A DNA stretch of 64,000 nucleotides, from the NCBI GenBank assembly GCA_965649295.1, contig CBFGKH010000002.1, positions 1 to 64,000 on the forward strand, in the 5' to 3' direction. This stretch comes from a candidate division WOR-3 bacterium (lineage in GTDB: Bacteria > Hydrothermota > Tepidihabitantia > Tepidihabitantales > Tepidihabitantaceae). A program made the translations under genes and the position numbers. The number at the start of each line of letters is the position of its first letter. The stretch's first letter is position 1. Positions 61,245 to 64,000 of the stretch are shown here, in pieces. Under the pieces are notes generated by a model. That model ran no database searches. It was not told the DNA's origin and worked only from the letters and a program-made list of their open reading frames with translations.

Positions 61245-63269
61245 TTGACTACCGCTGACGTTACTAATCCGACAACCGACTTCAGTTCGCCGCCGTCGGT
61301 TGCTGGCCGGCTGGGTTTAGTCGAAAAGTGGCTGGGAGAGCATGAGTGGCTTATTGTGCTGGTGCTGGCCTTGGCTGCCTTTTTGGGTCGGATTATCTTT
61401 GCTCTGCCTTTGGCACTCAATCCGGATGAGGCGATGCACGTCATTCGCAGCAGTGAGCCGACCCTTTGGGCAATCTACCGCGAGGACCTAGCCGGGCCTG
61501 ACCCTTCGTTACTTCACTTCATTCTCTTTCCGCTCTGCCGGCTCAATGCCTCGGATACCGTTCTTCGGCTACCCTCGATTCTGGCGGGAGTGATGGCCGC
61601 GCTCTTCTCCTATCTCTGGCTCAGGGAATTGCGGAGCCGGGCTGCCGGTCTTATTGGCATGATTCTTGTTGGCTTTGCGCCGGCAGTGCTCTTTGTCACG
61701 AGCGAGGTGCGAGCCTATGGCCTATTACTCGGCTTCTCGGCCGCGGCGCTCTGGCTGCTGGCGGCTGGGGTTCGTCGGGGGTCAGCTGGGCTACTGCTAC
61801 TGTTCGGGGTTGCGCAGTGTCTCGCGCTTGTCTCGCAGTATTCGGCACTGCTGCTTGTGGCCGGGGCGGGGTGCTACTCACTAGTGCTGGTCATAACTCG
61901 GCGCATCCGCGGACATCGGTTTTGGGCGTGGCTGGGAGCCGAGGTGATGACACTGGGGTTGCTCGCTTTCCTCTATATCACCCATATTTCCAAGCTCCGC
62001 GGCGGCGAGGCAGAGACGAGCGTGAAGCAAGGGTTCCTCAGTGGCGCCTACTTCGATCCGGCCAAGGAGAGAATCCTCGGCTTTGTCTTCAGCCGCACCG
62101 TGGCCGCATTCCGGTTTCTTTTCACGTCGCCGGGGCTGGGCCTGCTGGCGCTGCTGCTTTTCCTCTTGGGCATTGTTCTAATCCTTTGGCGCGGGCCACG
62201 GCCAAGATTAGCCACGGCGGCGTTGGTGCTGGTTCCTTGGTTGGGGGCGGTGGCGGGCAGCTTGCTCGGGCTTCATCCTTATGCTGGCACGCGCCACATC
62301 GTCCTGCTCATCCTGTTTGCGACCGTTCCGATTGCGCTGCTGCTGGCTTGGGTGGCCCGGGAGAAGCTCACGCCGATTCTGCTTGGTGCGGTGTTGATCG
62401 TGCCAGCTTGGAATCTCGTCCGGCTGCCTTGGGCCGGCGGCTGGCTCAGCCCGCTGCGCGATGGCTATCGTTCGAACCTGCTGGCAGCGGTTAGCTATGT
62501 TCGCAGCCTGCTGCCGGCGGGCGGCGTTGTTTTTGCCGACCTTGAGTCCCATTATGTCTTCCGGCGCTATCTTTTCAGTGGCCGGCCCGGTGTCACCAGA
62601 GTGGGGGCGCCGGGATTCCATGAGTACGAGTGGCAGGGTTATCGGATAATCACGCTTGATTACTGGTATGTGACCGCCGAATCGCTTGGCAATGAGTTGC
62701 AGCGGATGGCCGAGACCTATGGTCTGGAGCCGGGGACCAAGGTCGTGGCGGTTTCGGCTGGCTGGGGTACGAGCCGGTCCCGACGGCTAGCAAGAATGGG
62801 AATCGAGTATCCGGGGACCCGGGAATATGGGTTTAGGGTAGCGGTGATGCCGGTAATAGTAGGCGAGGAGCAACTGAGTGAGAAGCGGCGTGAACAGGTC
62901 AGCCGAACCCGACGCGCCTTGTACAATCTTGCCTGGCAGATGGCCCGGGCTCGACCAAGCCGGGTCGCAACCGTTATCTGGCCTTCGTACTACCTTGATA
63001 CTACGGCCGAAGAGCTGACCAAGGCGCTTGCCGATGTGACGATTCCCTACAGCACATTCTATCGTCTTGTGCTGCGGCCGGATGCCGACTTTGACCGGCT
63101 GCTGCCGGCACTGGCTTTCTGGGTCTTTGGCACCAAGGAACGGCACGTCAAGTCAGTTGCCTGGATGAACGGTTGCGAGAACTACATCGCTGGTGACCAG
63201 ACATTCACCCTACTGGGGGTTGACCCGGATAGCTTGGCCGCAGTCTATCTTGTGACTGCGACGCCCTGA
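61245..63269 (+). CDS. GT-C (family 39-like) glycosyltransferase with C-terminal soluble extension
   Basis: PDEA, LRLPS.LAG, SEVRAYGL; start likely TTG 61245 (TTGACT-16-TACACT upstream). Confidence 0.78.
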   Translation: MTTADVTNPTTDFSSPPSVAGRLGLVEKWLGEHEWLIVLVLALAAFLGRIIFALPLALNPDEAMHVIRSSEPTLWAIYREDLAGPDPSLLHFILFPLCRLNASDTVLRLPSILAGVMAALFSYLWLRELRSRAAGLIGMILVGFAPAVLFVTSEVRAYGLLLGFSAAALWLLAAGVRRGSAGLLLLFGVAQCLALVSQYSALLLVAGAGCYSLVLVITRRIRGHRFWAWLGAEVMTLGLLAFLYITHISKLRGGEAETSVKQGFLSGAYFDPAKERILGFVFSRTVAAFRFLFTSPGLGLLALLLFLLGIVLILWRGPRPRLATAALVLVPWLGAVAGSLLGLHPYAGTRHIVLLILFATVPIALLLAWVAREKLTPILLGAVLIVPAWNLVRLPWAGGWLSPLRDGYRSNLLAAVSYVRSLLPAGGVVFADLESHYVFRRYLFSGRPGVTRVGAPGFHEYEWQGYRIITLDYWYVTAESLGNELQRMAETYGLEPGTKVVAVSAGWGTSRSRRLARMGIEYPGTREYGFRVAVMPVIVGEEQLSEKRREQVSRTRRALYNLAWQMARARPSRVATVIWPSYYLDTTAEELTKALADVTIPYSTFYRLVLRPDADFDRLLPALAFWVFGTKERHVKSVAWMNGCENYIAGDQTFTLLGVDPDSLAAVYLVTATP

Positions 63270-63275
63270 GCTCGG

Positions 63276-64000
63276 CTACCAGCGTGAGCTGAGATTGGCC
63301 CGGCCCATCCACTCAATCCGCGACCACCAGGCCTCGTTCTGCTGGTACCATTTCACGGTTTCGGCGATACCCTGAGCAAACGGCCGGCCCGGCTTGATGC
63401 CGAGTACGCTGGCTGCCTTCGCTGTCGAACTGATGTGTTTCTGTACTTGGCCCGGCCGGTCCTCGATTGCGGTGCAGAGACTAGACGGTTTGCCGAGCAA
63501 CCGGAGTACCTTGTCGGCAATCTCCCGGACACTGATTGCCTCGCCACTGCCGAGATTGAAGACCTCGCCGATGGCCTTGTCGGGTTGGGTGATGACTTGG
63601 TCAATGCGCTGGCAGAGGTCCTCAACATAGAGCCAGTCCCGAATCGCGTCACCACCGCCGTGCAGTTCGAGCGGCTGGTTGCGAATCGCTGCCGTTATGA
63701 AGCGGGGTACGACCTTCTCCAGATGCTGGTAGGGGCCGTACTGGTTGAATGGCCGTAAGATTGTTACGGGAATCCGATAGGTCTGGTAGTAGGCATAGAC
63801 CAGCCGGTCAGCACCGGCTTTGGCCGCAGCATAGGGGCTCATCGGGTTGAGCGGATGTTCTTCGGTCATTGGCTCGGAGAGGGCGGTGCCATAGACCTCG
63901 CTCGTCGAGATGTGCACGAAGAGCTGGATGCGGTCGGCGTGCTTCACCACCGCATTGGCCACGGCGTGGGTGCCGAGCACGTCGGTCTCAAAGAAGACAC
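63276..64000 (-). CDS. NAD-dependent nucleotide-sugar epimerase/dehydratase (RmlB-like), 5' end outside the window
   Basis: HISTSEVYG, SPYAAAK (YxxxK), RPFNQYGP.Q..EK, RDWLYVED. Confidence 0.9.
   Translation of the reverse strand, partial: VFFETDVLGTHAVANAVVKHADRIQLFVHISTSEVYGTALSEPMTEEHPLNPMSPYAAAKAGADRLVYAYYQTYRIPVTILRPFNQYGPYQHLEKVVPRFITAAIRNQPLELHGGGDAIRDWLYVEDLCQRIDQVITQPDKAIGEVFNLGSGEAISVREIADKVLRLLGKPSSLCTAIEDRPGQVQKHISSTAKAASVLGIKPGRPFAQGIAETVKWYQQNEAWWSRIEWMGRANLSSRW

Overview
GC-rich bacterial chromosomal window from a diderm anaerobe. Secreted proteins with FlgD/T9SS-type C-terminal Ig domains, a Kelch protein, a TonB receptor and Hdr genes suggest an FCB-group lineage such as WOR-3 (inference only). 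Core genes: ppx, CYTH, der, alaS, pckA, ppdK, rpmH-rnpA-yidD-yidC-jag-mnmE, argS, a methylmalonyl-CoA pathway and a GT-C/GT2 glycosylation cluster. Best leads: (1) two independent copies of a two-gene module pairing a 'YQGxLTDxxGxP' fibre protein with a 'GG..GQ..G[FY]W' partner carrying a sorting-type C-terminal domain; (2) a Cys-rich RSPP-ending leader ORF (CruR/DUF2946-like) upstream of a Cys-containing TonB receptor; (3) a sigma-54-preceded operon of a Reeler-heme protein, a cytochrome-porin fusion and a cytochrome lipoprotein; (4) a 13-kb Hdr cluster with three HdrA paralogs and a tandem HdrC with CxxHxxCxxxCP motifs, flanked by degenerate inverted non-coding repeats. No rRNA, tRNA, CRISPR array or transposase was recognised.
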